The notes under the pieces are model-generated. The model was not told the origin of the DNA and made no database searches. It saw nothing but the letters and a program-made list of their open reading frames with translations. The translations under genes and the position numbers were made by a program. 64,000 nt of DNA from an uncultured Actinomycetes bacterium (GTDB lineage Bacteria > Actinomycetota > UBA4738 > HRBIN12), in assembly GCA_963706005.1 (NCBI GenBank), contig CAVPLL010000002.1, forward strand, positions 22,148 through 86,147, in the 5' to 3' direction. This document shows, piece after piece, positions 39,754 through 48,637 of the stretch (the stretch's first letter is position 1; every line of letters begins with the position of its first letter).

Positions 39754-41599
39754 GGACGTCGCCGGGCGCAGGATCGGCGTCTACGTCTGTCACTGTGGCG
39801 GCAACATCAGCGACGTCGTCGACGTCGAGGCGGTGACCGACGACGTCGGCGCGGAAGCAGACGTCGTCGTGGCGCGCCACCTGCAGTTCATGTGTTCCGA
39901 CGAGGGCCAGGCGACGATCGAGCGGGACATCGCGGAGCAGGGCCTCGATCGGGTCGTCGTGGCGGCGTGTACGCCGAGCCTTCACGAGACGACGTTCCGG
40001 CGTGTCGTGGCTCGCGCAGGCCTGAACCCCTACCTCTACCAGCACGCGAACATCCGGGAGCAGGTGAGTTGGGCGCATGTCCACGACCACGCCCTAGCGA
40101 CCGACAAGGCGCGTCGGATCGTTCGAGCGGCGGTCGCGAAGGCGACGCGGCTTCACCCCCTCGAGCAGGTGCGCGTCGACGCCGTCCATCGGACGCTCGT
40201 TGTGGGCGGCGGCGTTGCGGGTCTCCGCGCCGCCCTGGACCTCGCCCACTCGGAGATGAACGTGATCCTCCTCGAGCGGACCTCTCAGCTCGGGGGGCAC
40301 GCGTCGAGGCTCGGCGTTACCTATCCGACCGGCGCTCCGGGCTCGGCGCTGGTCGAGCGGCTCGCATCAGCGGTCAAGGGGGAGCCACGGATCGAGGTCC
40401 GGCTGTCGACCGAGGTATCGGACGTGGCGGGCTTCGTCGGAGACTTCCGTATCTCGCTCCGATCGCTCGACGCTTCTGGGGACGACGGGCCGCCCCCCGA
40501 GGTCGTGGAGGTCGGCGCCGTCGTCGTGGCGACGGGGTTCCGCGACTACGAGCCAACGCTCGGCGAGTACGGCTTCGGCTCACCTCGCGTGGTCACCCTC
40601 CCTGTGTATCAGGCGCGACTGTTCGGCGCGCGGGAAGGAGCCGAACTGCCGACGGCCCTCGGCATCGACGGGCCGTTGCGCTCGGTCGCGTTCCTGCATT
40701 GCGTGGGGAGCCGACAGGTCGAGGGAGTCGACCAAGCGACAGGGGAGCCGAACACCTATTGCTCCCGGGTCTGCTGTACGGCCTCGCTCCTCGCCGCAGC
40801 GGAGACGCGCCGTCGCTTCCCCGATGTCCGCGTCGTGGACGTCTACCGGGACATCCGAACCTACGCCCGGGATCAAGAGGACACGTACCGCGCGGCGGGC
40901 GAGGCCGGCGTCGTGTTCGTCCGCGTCCCGGCCGACGAGCGGGCGCGGGTAGAGGCCGCTCCCGCCGAGGATCCGTATCCGCTCCTGGTCCGAACACGCG
41001 ACGCGCTGACGTTCGGCGCCGAGCTCGAGCTGCCCGTCGACCTGGTCGTGCTCGCGACCGGCATGGAGCCGGGTGGGGCCGAGGCGATCGTTGCCGCGAC
41101 GAAGGCGCCGACGGGCGCCGACGGCTTCCTCCTGGAGGTCCATCCAAAGTTGCGGCCGGTCGAGAGCGCGATCCCCGGGATCTTGCTCGCGGGCACCGCA
41201 CGCGGCCCGATGGACATCAGCGAGAGCACGACCTCGGCGTCCGCCGCCGCGGCCAAGGTCGCCACGCTCCTCGGGGGCGACCACGTGGAGATGGAACCGT
41301 TCGTCGCGCGCGTCGACCCATCCCGGTGCTTGGGCGCGGGCGTGTGCCTCCAGGCATGCGCCTACGCGGGGGCGATCGGGCTCCACGACGTCGAGATCGA
41401 GGACGGCGTGGTCGAGCGCCGAGCGTACGTGAACCCGGTCGCCTGCAAGGGCTGTGGCGCCTGCGTTGCGGCCTGCCCGAATGGAGCGATCGACGTGATG
41501 GGTTGGGAGATCGACCAGTACCTCGCGATGGTGGACGCGATCGCGCGTGACCCCGCGACGGGCGGCGGGACCGAGCCCGAAGGGGTGGCCACGAGATGA
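39746..41599 (+). CDS. HdrA-like FAD/Fe-S oxidoreductase with N-terminal HdrA domain and C-terminal 2x[4Fe-4S] (QmoB-like, lacking a fused MvhD domain)
   Basis: IGVYVCHCGGNISDVVD; VVGGGVAGLRAALDL...LLERTSQLGGH; CVGSRQVEGVDQATGEPNTYCSRVCCTAS; C-terminal CLGAGVCLQACAYAG...CKGCGACVAACPNGAI. 8-nt overlap with the previous gene. Confidence 0.8.
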   Translation: MGEDVAGRRIGVYVCHCGGNISDVVDVEAVTDDVGAEADVVVARHLQFMCSDEGQATIERDIAEQGLDRVVVAACTPSLHETTFRRVVARAGLNPYLYQHANIREQVSWAHVHDHALATDKARRIVRAAVAKATRLHPLEQVRVDAVHRTLVVGGGVAGLRAALDLAHSEMNVILLERTSQLGGHASRLGVTYPTGAPGSALVERLASAVKGEPRIEVRLSTEVSDVAGFVGDFRISLRSLDASGDDGPPPEVVEVGAVVVATGFRDYEPTLGEYGFGSPRVVTLPVYQARLFGAREGAELPTALGIDGPLRSVAFLHCVGSRQVEGVDQATGEPNTYCSRVCCTASLLAAAETRRRFPDVRVVDVYRDIRTYARDQEDTYRAAGEAGVVFVRVPADERARVEAAPAEDPYPLLVRTRDALTFGAELELPVDLVVLATGMEPGGAEAIVAATKAPTGADGFLLEVHPKLRPVESAIPGILLAGTARGPMDISESTTSASAAAAKVATLLGGDHVEMEPFVARVDPSRCLGAGVCLQACAYAGAIGLHDVEIEDGVVERRAYVNPVACKGCGACVAACPNGAIDVMGWEIDQYLAMVDAIARDPATGGGTEPEGVATR

Positions 41600-41928
41600 G
41601 CGACGCGACCACCTCCAGGGAGAATGAACCCGGGCTCGTCCAGCTCAAGCACGCGGGCACGATCGCTCTGTACAAGGAGGGCCACGGGCCGGCATCCGCG
41701 GAACTGCTCGAACGCGTTCGGGCGCAGAACCACGTGAAGGCCGCCGTCCGCAGGGCGCTCGCCGCCGGATCCCTGACGCCTCCCCAGGTCGCCGAGGCGG
41801 CCGGGATCACGCCGCGCGAGGCGCTCTGGACGCTCACCGCGCTCCGCAAGTACGGCCTCGTCGCGGAGGACGGCGAGGACGGCGCCTACGTCCGCTACGC
41901 GCTCACCCGGGAGGACCCACGAGCATGA
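41596..41928 (+). CDS. small winged-helix-like protein of unknown function, wedged between the QmoB-like and QmoC-like genes
   Basis: 110 aa. LTPPQVAEAAGITPREALWTLTALRKYGLVAEDGEDGAYVRYALT reads as HTH plus wing. ATGA overlaps at both ends (41596-41599 and 41925-41928). Confidence 0.5.
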   Translation: MSDATTSRENEPGLVQLKHAGTIALYKEGHGPASAELLERVRAQNHVKAAVRRALAAGSLTPPQVAEAAGITPREALWTLTALRKYGLVAEDGEDGAYVRYALTREDPRA

Positions 41929-43115
41929 GCACCCAGGTCGTCGAACGCGCGAAGGTCCGGGTCGAGCCGAGCCTGATCCCCGAGCTCGAACGGTTCGGCG
42001 CGATCGACGTCGCGGCCTGCTTCAACTGCGGTAATTGCTCGGCGGTGTGTCCGCTCTCGACGCCAGACGGTGCGTTCCCTCGCAGGCTCATCCGGTACGC
42101 GCAGCTCGGCATGCGGGACGACCTGCTCGCCAGTCCGGAGGTCTGGTCGTGCTACGCGTGCGGCGAGTGCACGCTCACCTGTCCTCGCGACGCCGATCCG
42201 GCCGGGTTCATGGCAGCCGCCCGCCGGTACACGACCGCCGGCTACGACCGGACCGGCCTCGCCCGCCGCCTCGCGACCTCTCGAGGCTTCGCGATCGTCT
42301 TCATCGGCGCCGTGGTGACGGTGCTCGCGGCCTTCATGTACCGAGCGCATCAGCCGGTCGACGGGTCCACCTTCGCACCGTTCGAGTTCCTCCCGGCGCG
42401 GTTCGTGCACGATCTCGGCGTCGTGGTGCTCGCGGTCTTCGGCGTCGCTGCGGTCGCCGGTCTCATCGAGATGCATCGCCGGATCACTCGCCACGGACCG
42501 GACGGGCGGGACGGGCTCGCGCTGGCCGAGCTCGGCGGCGCCGTCTGGTACGCGGCGGCCCGAGAGTCCTTCGGCCACGAGCGTATGCGGCGGGAGTGCG
42601 CCGACGACCAGGACGCGATGCCTCGTCCGTGGTTCCTGCAGCGGTGGTTCGTCCACGCCTCGACGATGTGGGGGTTCATCGGGCTGCTCGCGGCGACGAT
42701 CCTCGATTGGGTGCTCGACATGACCGGGGTCAAGCCGACGGGCCGGGCCGTGCCCCTCTGGTATCCGGTCCGCCTGCTCGGGACCCTCGCGGGCATGCTC
42801 CTCGTCTACGGGACCTCGGTCTCGATCGTCCGGCGGATCCGCAAGCGCGAACGGTCGACTGCGAGATCCACGCTCGCGGACTGGTGGTTCCTATGGCTCT
42901 TGTGGCTGGCCGGCGTCACCGGCTTCGGCCTGGAGCTGACGCTCTACCTGCCGGATGATCCCGGATGGGGATACCCGATCTTCCTGTTCCACGTCGCGGT
43001 CTCGATGACGCTCGTCGTGCTGGCGCCGTTCGGCAAGTTCGCGCACGCGATCTACCGCCCGGTGGCGCTCGGTGTCATCCGGTCCCGCCGCCGCGCGGGA
43101 GGTGGAACACCATGA
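41925..43115 (+). CDS. HdrC-like 2x[4Fe-4S] domain fused to HdrE/NarI-like six-TM heme-b membrane domain (QmoC-like)
   Basis: CFNCGNCSAVCP and CYACGECTLTCP, then hydrophobic helices with conserved His (FVHDLGVVVLAVFG..., FVHASTMWGFIGLL..., FLFHVAVSMTLVVLAPFGKFAH). Confidence 0.8.
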   Translation: MSTQVVERAKVRVEPSLIPELERFGAIDVAACFNCGNCSAVCPLSTPDGAFPRRLIRYAQLGMRDDLLASPEVWSCYACGECTLTCPRDADPAGFMAAARRYTTAGYDRTGLARRLATSRGFAIVFIGAVVTVLAAFMYRAHQPVDGSTFAPFEFLPARFVHDLGVVVLAVFGVAAVAGLIEMHRRITRHGPDGRDGLALAELGGAVWYAAARESFGHERMRRECADDQDAMPRPWFLQRWFVHASTMWGFIGLLAATILDWVLDMTGVKPTGRAVPLWYPVRLLGTLAGMLLVYGTSVSIVRRIRKRERSTARSTLADWWFLWLLWLAGVTGFGLELTLYLPDDPGWGYPIFLFHVAVSMTLVVLAPFGKFAHAIYRPVALGVIRSRRRAGGGTP

Positions 43116-43555
43116 CGAAGGACGTGGGGGTCGCGGACCGCGTCGTCGAGCCCATCGCTTCCGGCCGCGACGAACTCGGCAGACCCGAGCATCGCGGCTG
43201 GCTGACCTGCGGCGGCCGGCGTCGGTGGATGGCCCCCTTCATCCTCGTCCTGCTGGCCGAGGAGCCGTCGCACGGGTACGGGTTGATCGGTCGCCTGCGC
43301 GAGATGGGGGTCGCCGGGGACACGATGGACGTCGGCCAGGTGTACCGCACGCTCCGGTGCCTGGAGCGGCTCGGCCACGTCCGATCTTGGTGGTCGGCCG
43401 ATCCCACCGGGCCGCGGCGCCGCGAGTACGAGCTCACCGACGACGGCCGAGCCGCCCTCGACGAGTGGGCCGTCGTGATGGCCGAACGTCAGCGGTTGAT
43501 CGACGAGTTCGAGGTCCGATACGGGGTGGCAGGGAGGATGGGAGGTGCGAGGTGA
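43112..43555 (+). CDS. PadR family transcriptional regulator
   Basis: FILVLLAEEPSHGYGLIGRLREMG...DVGQVYRTLRCLERLGHVRSWW...RREYELTDDGR. ATGA overlap with the QmoC-like stop. GGGAGGTGG RBS. Confidence 0.85.
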   Translation: MTKDVGVADRVVEPIASGRDELGRPEHRGWLTCGGRRRWMAPFILVLLAEEPSHGYGLIGRLREMGVAGDTMDVGQVYRTLRCLERLGHVRSWWSADPTGPRRREYELTDDGRAALDEWAVVMAERQRLIDEFEVRYGVAGRMGGAR

Positions 43556-44061
43556 CAGCGATGAGAGCGGGAGCGCGGACGATCGCCGAGGAGCATGAGG
43601 TGATCCGCGCGCGCCTGGAGGAGGTTCAGCGGCTCGCCGACTCGATCGGCGAGATCGGCATCGAGGATCTGGAGGGGCGCGCCGACGAGATCCACGGGTT
43701 CCTGGCCCACACCGTGATGCCGCACGCCGTGGCTGAGGGTCGGGTGCTGATCCCCGTCGTCCGCGAACGGACCCATGAGCCGACGATCGGCATCCGGATG
43801 ACGCAGTGCCACGTGCAGGTCGGCAGGCTCGTTGACGAGCTGCAACAGATCCTTTCCAAGGGCGGCGTGTCCTCGGGAGATGGTCAGCGTGACCTCAGGC
43901 GCGTGCTCTACAGCATCCACGCCCTCTTGACCGCCCACCTCGACGAGACCGAAGAGCAGGTCGAGCCTCTGCTGGAAGCGGAGCTGCCGGAGGAGGATCG
44001 GATGGCCCTTTTCGAGGCCGTTGAGCGGTGTGCTCGAGAGGTAGCCAGCCTCTACGAATAG
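43552..44061 (+). CDS. hemerythrin HHE cation-binding domain protein
   Basis: EEHEVIRARLEE, HGFLAHTVMPHAVAEG and HLDETEEQVEPLL. GTG at 43552 (GTGA overlap with the padR stop), or ATG at 43561. Confidence 0.7.
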   Translation: MTAMRAGARTIAEEHEVIRARLEEVQRLADSIGEIGIEDLEGRADEIHGFLAHTVMPHAVAEGRVLIPVVRERTHEPTIGIRMTQCHVQVGRLVDELQQILSKGGVSSGDGQRDLRRVLYSIHALLTAHLDETEEQVEPLLEAELPEEDRMALFEAVERCAREVASLYE

Positions 44062-44268
44062 CCAATGCAGGGGATCGCCGGGCCAACGGGCCCCGCGACC
44101 CTGGATGCCGATCGAACGAGGCCGAGCGCGCCCGACTCACGATCGCTCAGGCCCGCGGCGGAGAGTTTCCCGGGTCAGCGCGATGACCGAACGTCCCGTC
44201 CGGACCAGGGCTTCAGACCTGTCGCGAGGGACCGGGCGCCGTCACGCTTGCCCGAACGGAGGTGCGTG

Positions 44269-44541
44269 ATGGGTCGGTGGGAAGGCTTCCGGCAGTGCCC
44301 CGGCTGCGGCTTCGACATCGCGACCGGAGAAGGTGAGCGATCGTGCTCCTGGGGGGACTGCCCCTACCTGCCGGAGGATCTGGACGTCTTCTGCCCGAAC
44401 TGCCGCTTCAACTTCTTCACCTGGCAGGGCAACTCCGGGTGCGGTCACCCCGGGACGTGCGAAGACGGACTCGAGCCGCGCTCCCACGTCGCGAACGTCC
44501 AGGGCTGGCTCCTCTCGAAGCAGGCCCGACCTCGGATCTGA
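44269..44541 (+). CDS. small cysteine-rich zinc-ribbon protein, hypothetical
   Basis: MGRWEGFRQCPGCGFDIATGEGERSCSWGDCPYLPEDLDVFCPNCRFNFF...CGHPGTCEDG. CPxC...CPxC pairs. GGAGGTG RBS 5 nt upstream. Confidence 0.5.
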   Translation: MGRWEGFRQCPGCGFDIATGEGERSCSWGDCPYLPEDLDVFCPNCRFNFFTWQGNSGCGHPGTCEDGLEPRSHVANVQGWLLSKQARPRI

Positions 44542-44580
44542 TGGGCGTCGCGACGGTAGCGCGGCTGGCGGGCTCGTGAC

Positions 44581-44892
44581 ATGATTTCCGGCATCCTAGG
44601 CGGCCGCCAACCCGACCGCCGCGGTCCGGTTCGTTCGAGCGATACCAGCTCGAGCTCGCTTCGAGGCGATGGGGGGTTGGAGACGTCCTGGCTCCGAGCG
44701 ACGGGTCTGGCCGCCGTGATGCTGGTGGCGAGCTACCTCCTCTACGTGCTGATCCCGAACAACCTGCTCGCGTACCTCTCGCTCCACACGTCGCCTCGCA
44801 ACCGTGACCTCCTCGTGACCCTCTGGTGGCTCGTTGCGCTCGGGTTCGGATGCTGGCTCTTCGTCCGGCTGCAGCGGACGAGGGCGGGGTAG
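44581..44892 (+). CDS. hypothetical membrane protein (two TM helices)
   Basis: ...WLRATGLAAVMLVASYLLYVLIPNNLL...LLVTLWWLVALGFGCWLFVRL. The stop lies 3 nt before the next gene's start. Coding status is supported only by hydrophobic periodicity. Confidence 0.4.
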   Translation: MISGILGGRQPDRRGPVRSSDTSSSSLRGDGGLETSWLRATGLAAVMLVASYLLYVLIPNNLLAYLSLHTSPRNRDLLVTLWWLVALGFGCWLFVRLQRTRAG

Positions 44893-44894
44893 CC

Positions 44895-46742
44895 GTGCCG
44901 TTCGAAGCGAGTCCGATCGGAGCCGACTGGTTCGACGACAACGTGCCCTGCACCCGGGCGTGCCCCGTGCTCACGAACGCCGGTCGGTACGTGGCCGCGA
45001 TCGCCGCCGGCGACGATGAGCTCGCCTACCGGATCGCCCGCCTGCCGAACCCGTTCCCATCGATCTGCGGTCGGGTGTGCGCCGCGCCGTGCGAGATCGC
45101 CTGCCGCCGTGGGTCGATCGATCAGCCGATCGCGATCCGCGCGCTGAAGCGGTACGTCTGCGAGCGGTTCGGGGTGGAGAGCGGGCACGGTCCACACGCG
45201 TACGCGGACGCGATCTCGAAGGCGCCTCCGCGCGGCGAGCGCGTCGCGATCGTCGGATCGGGCCCGGCCGGCATGGCGTGCGCCCACGATCTGGCGACGT
45301 ACGGGTACCGCCCGGTGGTGTTCGAGGCCCAGGACCGTCCCGGCGGGATGATGGTGCTCGGCATCCCCCCCTACCGCCTGCGTCGCGATGTCCTCCAAGA
45401 CGAGATCCGGGCGATCTTGGACATGGGGGTCGAGCTGCGGACCGGTCAGGCCCTCGGACGGGACTTCTCGCTCGGCACGCTCCGCGACGAGGGCTTCGCA
45501 TCGGTGTTCCTGGGCGTCGGCTGCATGCGCGGCCGAGACCTGAGCATCCCGGGCGTCGAGCTCGACGGCGTCCTGCGCGCCGTGGACTTCCTGTTGAACG
45601 CGAACCTCGGGTACCGGGTGGAGCTCGGGGACGACGTGCTCGTGATCGGGGGCGGGAACGTCGCCCTCGACGCGGCCCGGACCGCCCTGCGAGAGATCGC
45701 GGCCGGTGGCTCGACCTCAGATGTGCTCGCGCCTGATGCCGACCAGGAGCTCGAGGGCGCGGTCACCCAGACCCTCGACGTCGCCCGCGTCGCGAAACGG
45801 CTCGGCGCGCGCCGCGTGCGGGTCGTGGCGCTCGAGAGCCGCGAGGAGATGCCGGCCCACGAGTTCGAGATCGAGGAGGCCGAGCTCGAAGGCATCGAGG
45901 TGCTCACCCGTCTGGGGCCGAAGGCGATCCTGGGCGAGGAGCGGGTGGGCGGGCTCGAGACGCTCCGGGTGGCTTCCGTGTTCGACCCCGACGGTCGCTT
46001 CAACCCGCGGTTGATCGACGGGACCGAATCGATCCTCGAGTGCGACTCGGTCATCCTGGCGATCGGCCAGGCGCCGGACTTGTCGTGGCTCTCGGACGAC
46101 GACGGCGTGGAGCTCAGCCCGCGCGGCACGGTGGCGGTCGATCGCGAGTCGCTCGCGACGAGCGCCGACTGGATCTTCGCGGGCGGCGACGTCGCGTTCG
46201 GCCCGCGAAACCTGATCGACGCGATCGGGGACGGCCGGCGCGCGGCGGCCTCGATCCACCGGCGGATCGCGGGCGAGGATGCACCCCTTCCCTCCGGCTC
46301 CGGGCGGAAGCTGCTCCCGATCCTGGAGGTGCGTGGACGGACGCCGGACTACACCGAATACCCGCGCATCCCGATCCCGGCCGAGCTCTCGGAACGCCGG
46401 ATCGGCTCCCCCGAGGTCGAGCTCGGGTACACGCCCGAGCAGGCACGCGAGGAGGCATCGCGTTGCCTGCAGTGCTTCCTCAACATCATGCTCGAGCCGT
46501 CGATCTGCATCCTGTGCGGGGGATGCGTCGACATCTGTCCCGAGAAGTGCATCCGCATCGTCCCCACGGAGGAGATCGCGGGGATCGAAGCCACGGGTCC
46601 GTCGAGCGCCCTGATCATCCAGGAGGAGCTGTGCATCCGGTGCGGGCTCTGCGTCGACCGGTGCCCCACGCACGCGCTGTCCCTGAAGGGCTGGTCGGAA
46701 TCGTCGACGGCTCCGATCGCGCTCGAGCCGGTCGGGATCTGA
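44895..46742 (+). CDS. GltD-like NAD(P)H-dependent FAD/Fe-S oxidoreductase fused to a C-terminal 2x[4Fe-4S] ferredoxin domain
   Basis: CTRACPVLTNAGRY...PNPFPSICGRVCAAPCEIACRR (GltD N-terminal clusters); VAIVGSGPAGMACAHDL; VLVIGGGNVALDAAR; C-terminal CLQCF...CILCGGCVDICPEKC...CIRCGLCVDRCPTHA. Ends 11 nt before cytochrome b6. Confidence 0.85.
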   Translation: MPFEASPIGADWFDDNVPCTRACPVLTNAGRYVAAIAAGDDELAYRIARLPNPFPSICGRVCAAPCEIACRRGSIDQPIAIRALKRYVCERFGVESGHGPHAYADAISKAPPRGERVAIVGSGPAGMACAHDLATYGYRPVVFEAQDRPGGMMVLGIPPYRLRRDVLQDEIRAILDMGVELRTGQALGRDFSLGTLRDEGFASVFLGVGCMRGRDLSIPGVELDGVLRAVDFLLNANLGYRVELGDDVLVIGGGNVALDAARTALREIAAGGSTSDVLAPDADQELEGAVTQTLDVARVAKRLGARRVRVVALESREEMPAHEFEIEEAELEGIEVLTRLGPKAILGEERVGGLETLRVASVFDPDGRFNPRLIDGTESILECDSVILAIGQAPDLSWLSDDDGVELSPRGTVAVDRESLATSADWIFAGGDVAFGPRNLIDAIGDGRRAAASIHRRIAGEDAPLPSGSGRKLLPILEVRGRTPDYTEYPRIPIPAELSERRIGSPEVELGYTPEQAREEASRCLQCFLNIMLEPSICILCGGCVDICPEKCIRIVPTEEIAGIEATGPSSALIIQEELCIRCGLCVDRCPTHALSLKGWSESSTAPIALEPVGI

Positions 46743-46752
46743 ACGGAGAGCG

Positions 46753-47589
46753 ATGGCCTCGAACGGACGGAGGGTGCGGGACCGGGTGTGGTACCGGTCG
46801 ATCTTCCACCCGGGCGAGGCCATCAAGGAGAGCGAGGTCTATCGATCCGCCATCCGGCACCCGTCACCGTCGACGCCCCGCGGCCGAGCGCTGACCTCGT
46901 TCCAGAACTTCTTCCTCCACCTGTACCCGGTGAAGGTGCCGCGCGAGGTGCTGTCGTTCCGATCGACACTGCGGCTCGGGTTCATCTCGACGGTGCTCTT
47001 CGGGGTGCTCACGATCTCGGGCATGTACCTGATGTTCTTCTATCACCCGACCCCTCCGGACGCGTACTTCGACATGCACTCGCTCGCGACGACCGTCGCG
47101 TTCGGGCAGTTCGTCCGCAACATCCATCGCTGGTCGGCCCACCTCATGGTGCTCACGGTGTTCGCGCACCTGCTGCGGGTCTTCTACGCCGGGGCGTATA
47201 AGCGACCTCGACAGTTCAACTGGGTGATCGGTGTCTTCCTGCTGCTGGGCACCCTCTTCCTGTCCTTCACCGGCTACCTGCTCCCGTGGGACCAGCTCTC
47301 GTACTGGGCGATCACCGTCGGGACGAACATCGCCGGCTACGTCCCGGTCATGGGCGACGGCGTGCGCAAGATGCTCCTCGGTGGCGCCGATGTCGGCAGC
47401 GCCACCCTGCTCCGCTTCTACGTCCTCCACGTCTTCTTCGTGCCGGCGCTGACGGTGATCGGGCTCTGCATCCACATCTGGCGCGTCCGCAAGGACGGCT
47501 TCGCGATCGCCGATCGGAAGCGGGAGCCGGCGCCCGCGCCCGAGGCCGAGGTCGCCCCGGCCCCCGAGGAGGTGAGCGCCGATGTCTGA
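46753..47589 (+). CDS. cytochrome b6-type (split cytochrome b, N-terminal four-helix part)
   Basis: FVRNIHRWSAHLMVLTVFAHLLRVF (His-13-His) and LRFYVLHVFFVPALTVIGLCIHIWR (His-14-His, the b6-type spacing), plus FTGYLLPWDQLSYWA. Confidence 0.9.
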   Translation: MASNGRRVRDRVWYRSIFHPGEAIKESEVYRSAIRHPSPSTPRGRALTSFQNFFLHLYPVKVPREVLSFRSTLRLGFISTVLFGVLTISGMYLMFFYHPTPPDAYFDMHSLATTVAFGQFVRNIHRWSAHLMVLTVFAHLLRVFYAGAYKRPRQFNWVIGVFLLLGTLFLSFTGYLLPWDQLSYWAITVGTNIAGYVPVMGDGVRKMLLGGADVGSATLLRFYVLHVFFVPALTVIGLCIHIWRVRKDGFAIADRKREPAPAPEAEVAPAPEEVSADV

Positions 47590-48094
47590 TGAGGCCGAGC
47601 CGCGGGAGCGCTACCGGCTCCTCGGCGTCGTCCCTCGCGAGATCGAGCAACGCGAGGAGCAGGAGCCCGACGACACCGTCTTCACCTGGCCCCACTTCCT
47701 GATCCGGCACCTTGTGGTCGCGGCCGTCACCATCGCGATCGTGTTCGCGATCGCGATCGCGTTCGACGCGCCGCTGAAAGACATCGCCAACCCCAGCCTC
47801 ACGCCGCAGGAGGCCAAGGCCCCCTGGTACTTCGCCGGTCTGCAGGAGCTGCTCGCGCACCTGCAGCCGATGGTCGCGGGGATCCTCATCCCGGGCGCCG
47901 CCCTCGTGTTCCTGTTCGCCCTCCCATACCTCGATCGCGGCGAAGGGTGGCGGATCAGGGACCGGAAGATGGTCGTGATCGTCCTCACCGTGCTCGCCGT
48001 GGCCGCGTTGGTGCTCACGGTCGTCGGTGCGTTCTTCCGGGGTCCCGGCTGGTCGTGGGCGTGGCCCTGGGATCACCTCTATCTGGAGCTGTAG
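47582..48094 (+). CDS. cytochrome b C-terminal part / subunit IV (PetD-like)
   Basis: TWPHFLIRHLVV...TPQEAKAPWYFAGLQELL (PEWY-box equivalent). 8-nt overlap with the b6 gene. Confidence 0.85.
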   Translation: MSDEAEPRERYRLLGVVPREIEQREEQEPDDTVFTWPHFLIRHLVVAAVTIAIVFAIAIAFDAPLKDIANPSLTPQEAKAPWYFAGLQELLAHLQPMVAGILIPGAALVFLFALPYLDRGEGWRIRDRKMVVIVLTVLAVAALVLTVVGAFFRGPGWSWAWPWDHLYLEL

Positions 48095-48142
48095 CGATGG
48101 ACGGCGAACGAGACACCTGCGGAGGCGCCCGGGTCCGAGCCC

Positions 48143-48637
48143 ATGGCTCGACGGGACTTCCTGAACACGACGTGGAAGGTCCTGGGCGTGGCGCTCATCG
48201 TCGAGGCCGGGTGGACGAGCTACGACATCTTGAACCCGAAGCCGGCCGCCGGGTTCGGTGGGATCGTCGACGCGGGTCCGGTCGAGGACTACCTCACCGA
48301 AGGCACGGTGCAGTACTTCCTCGACGGGCGCTTCTACGTGACCCAGTTCCAGGGTGGCCTGCGAGCGCTGTATCAGAAATGCCCGCACCTGGGCTGCAAG
48401 GTCGGCGATTGCACGACCGCGGGCGCCTCGTCGGGCTTCCGATGCCCCTGTCACGGGAGCATGTACAACGTGATCGGCGAGTACCTGGACGGGCCCGCGC
48501 CGCGCGGCATGGACCGCTTCCCGATCTCGATCGAGAACGGCCACGTCATGGTCGACACGTCATCGGTCGTCGAGGGCCCGGCGCGAGGGGTCCTGACGGG
48601 CCCGACGGAGCCTCCGACCGCCTGCGGGGGCGAGTGA
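48143..48637 (+). CDS. Rieske [2Fe-2S] subunit of the cytochrome b6/bc-type complex
   Basis: Tat-like MARRDFLNTTWKVLGVALIV, then CPHLGC...(16 aa)...CPCHGSMY. Confidence 0.9.
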   Translation: MARRDFLNTTWKVLGVALIVEAGWTSYDILNPKPAAGFGGIVDAGPVEDYLTEGTVQYFLDGRFYVTQFQGGLRALYQKCPHLGCKVGDCTTAGASSGFRCPCHGSMYNVIGEYLDGPAPRGMDRFPISIENGHVMVDTSSVVEGPARGVLTGPTEPPTACGGE

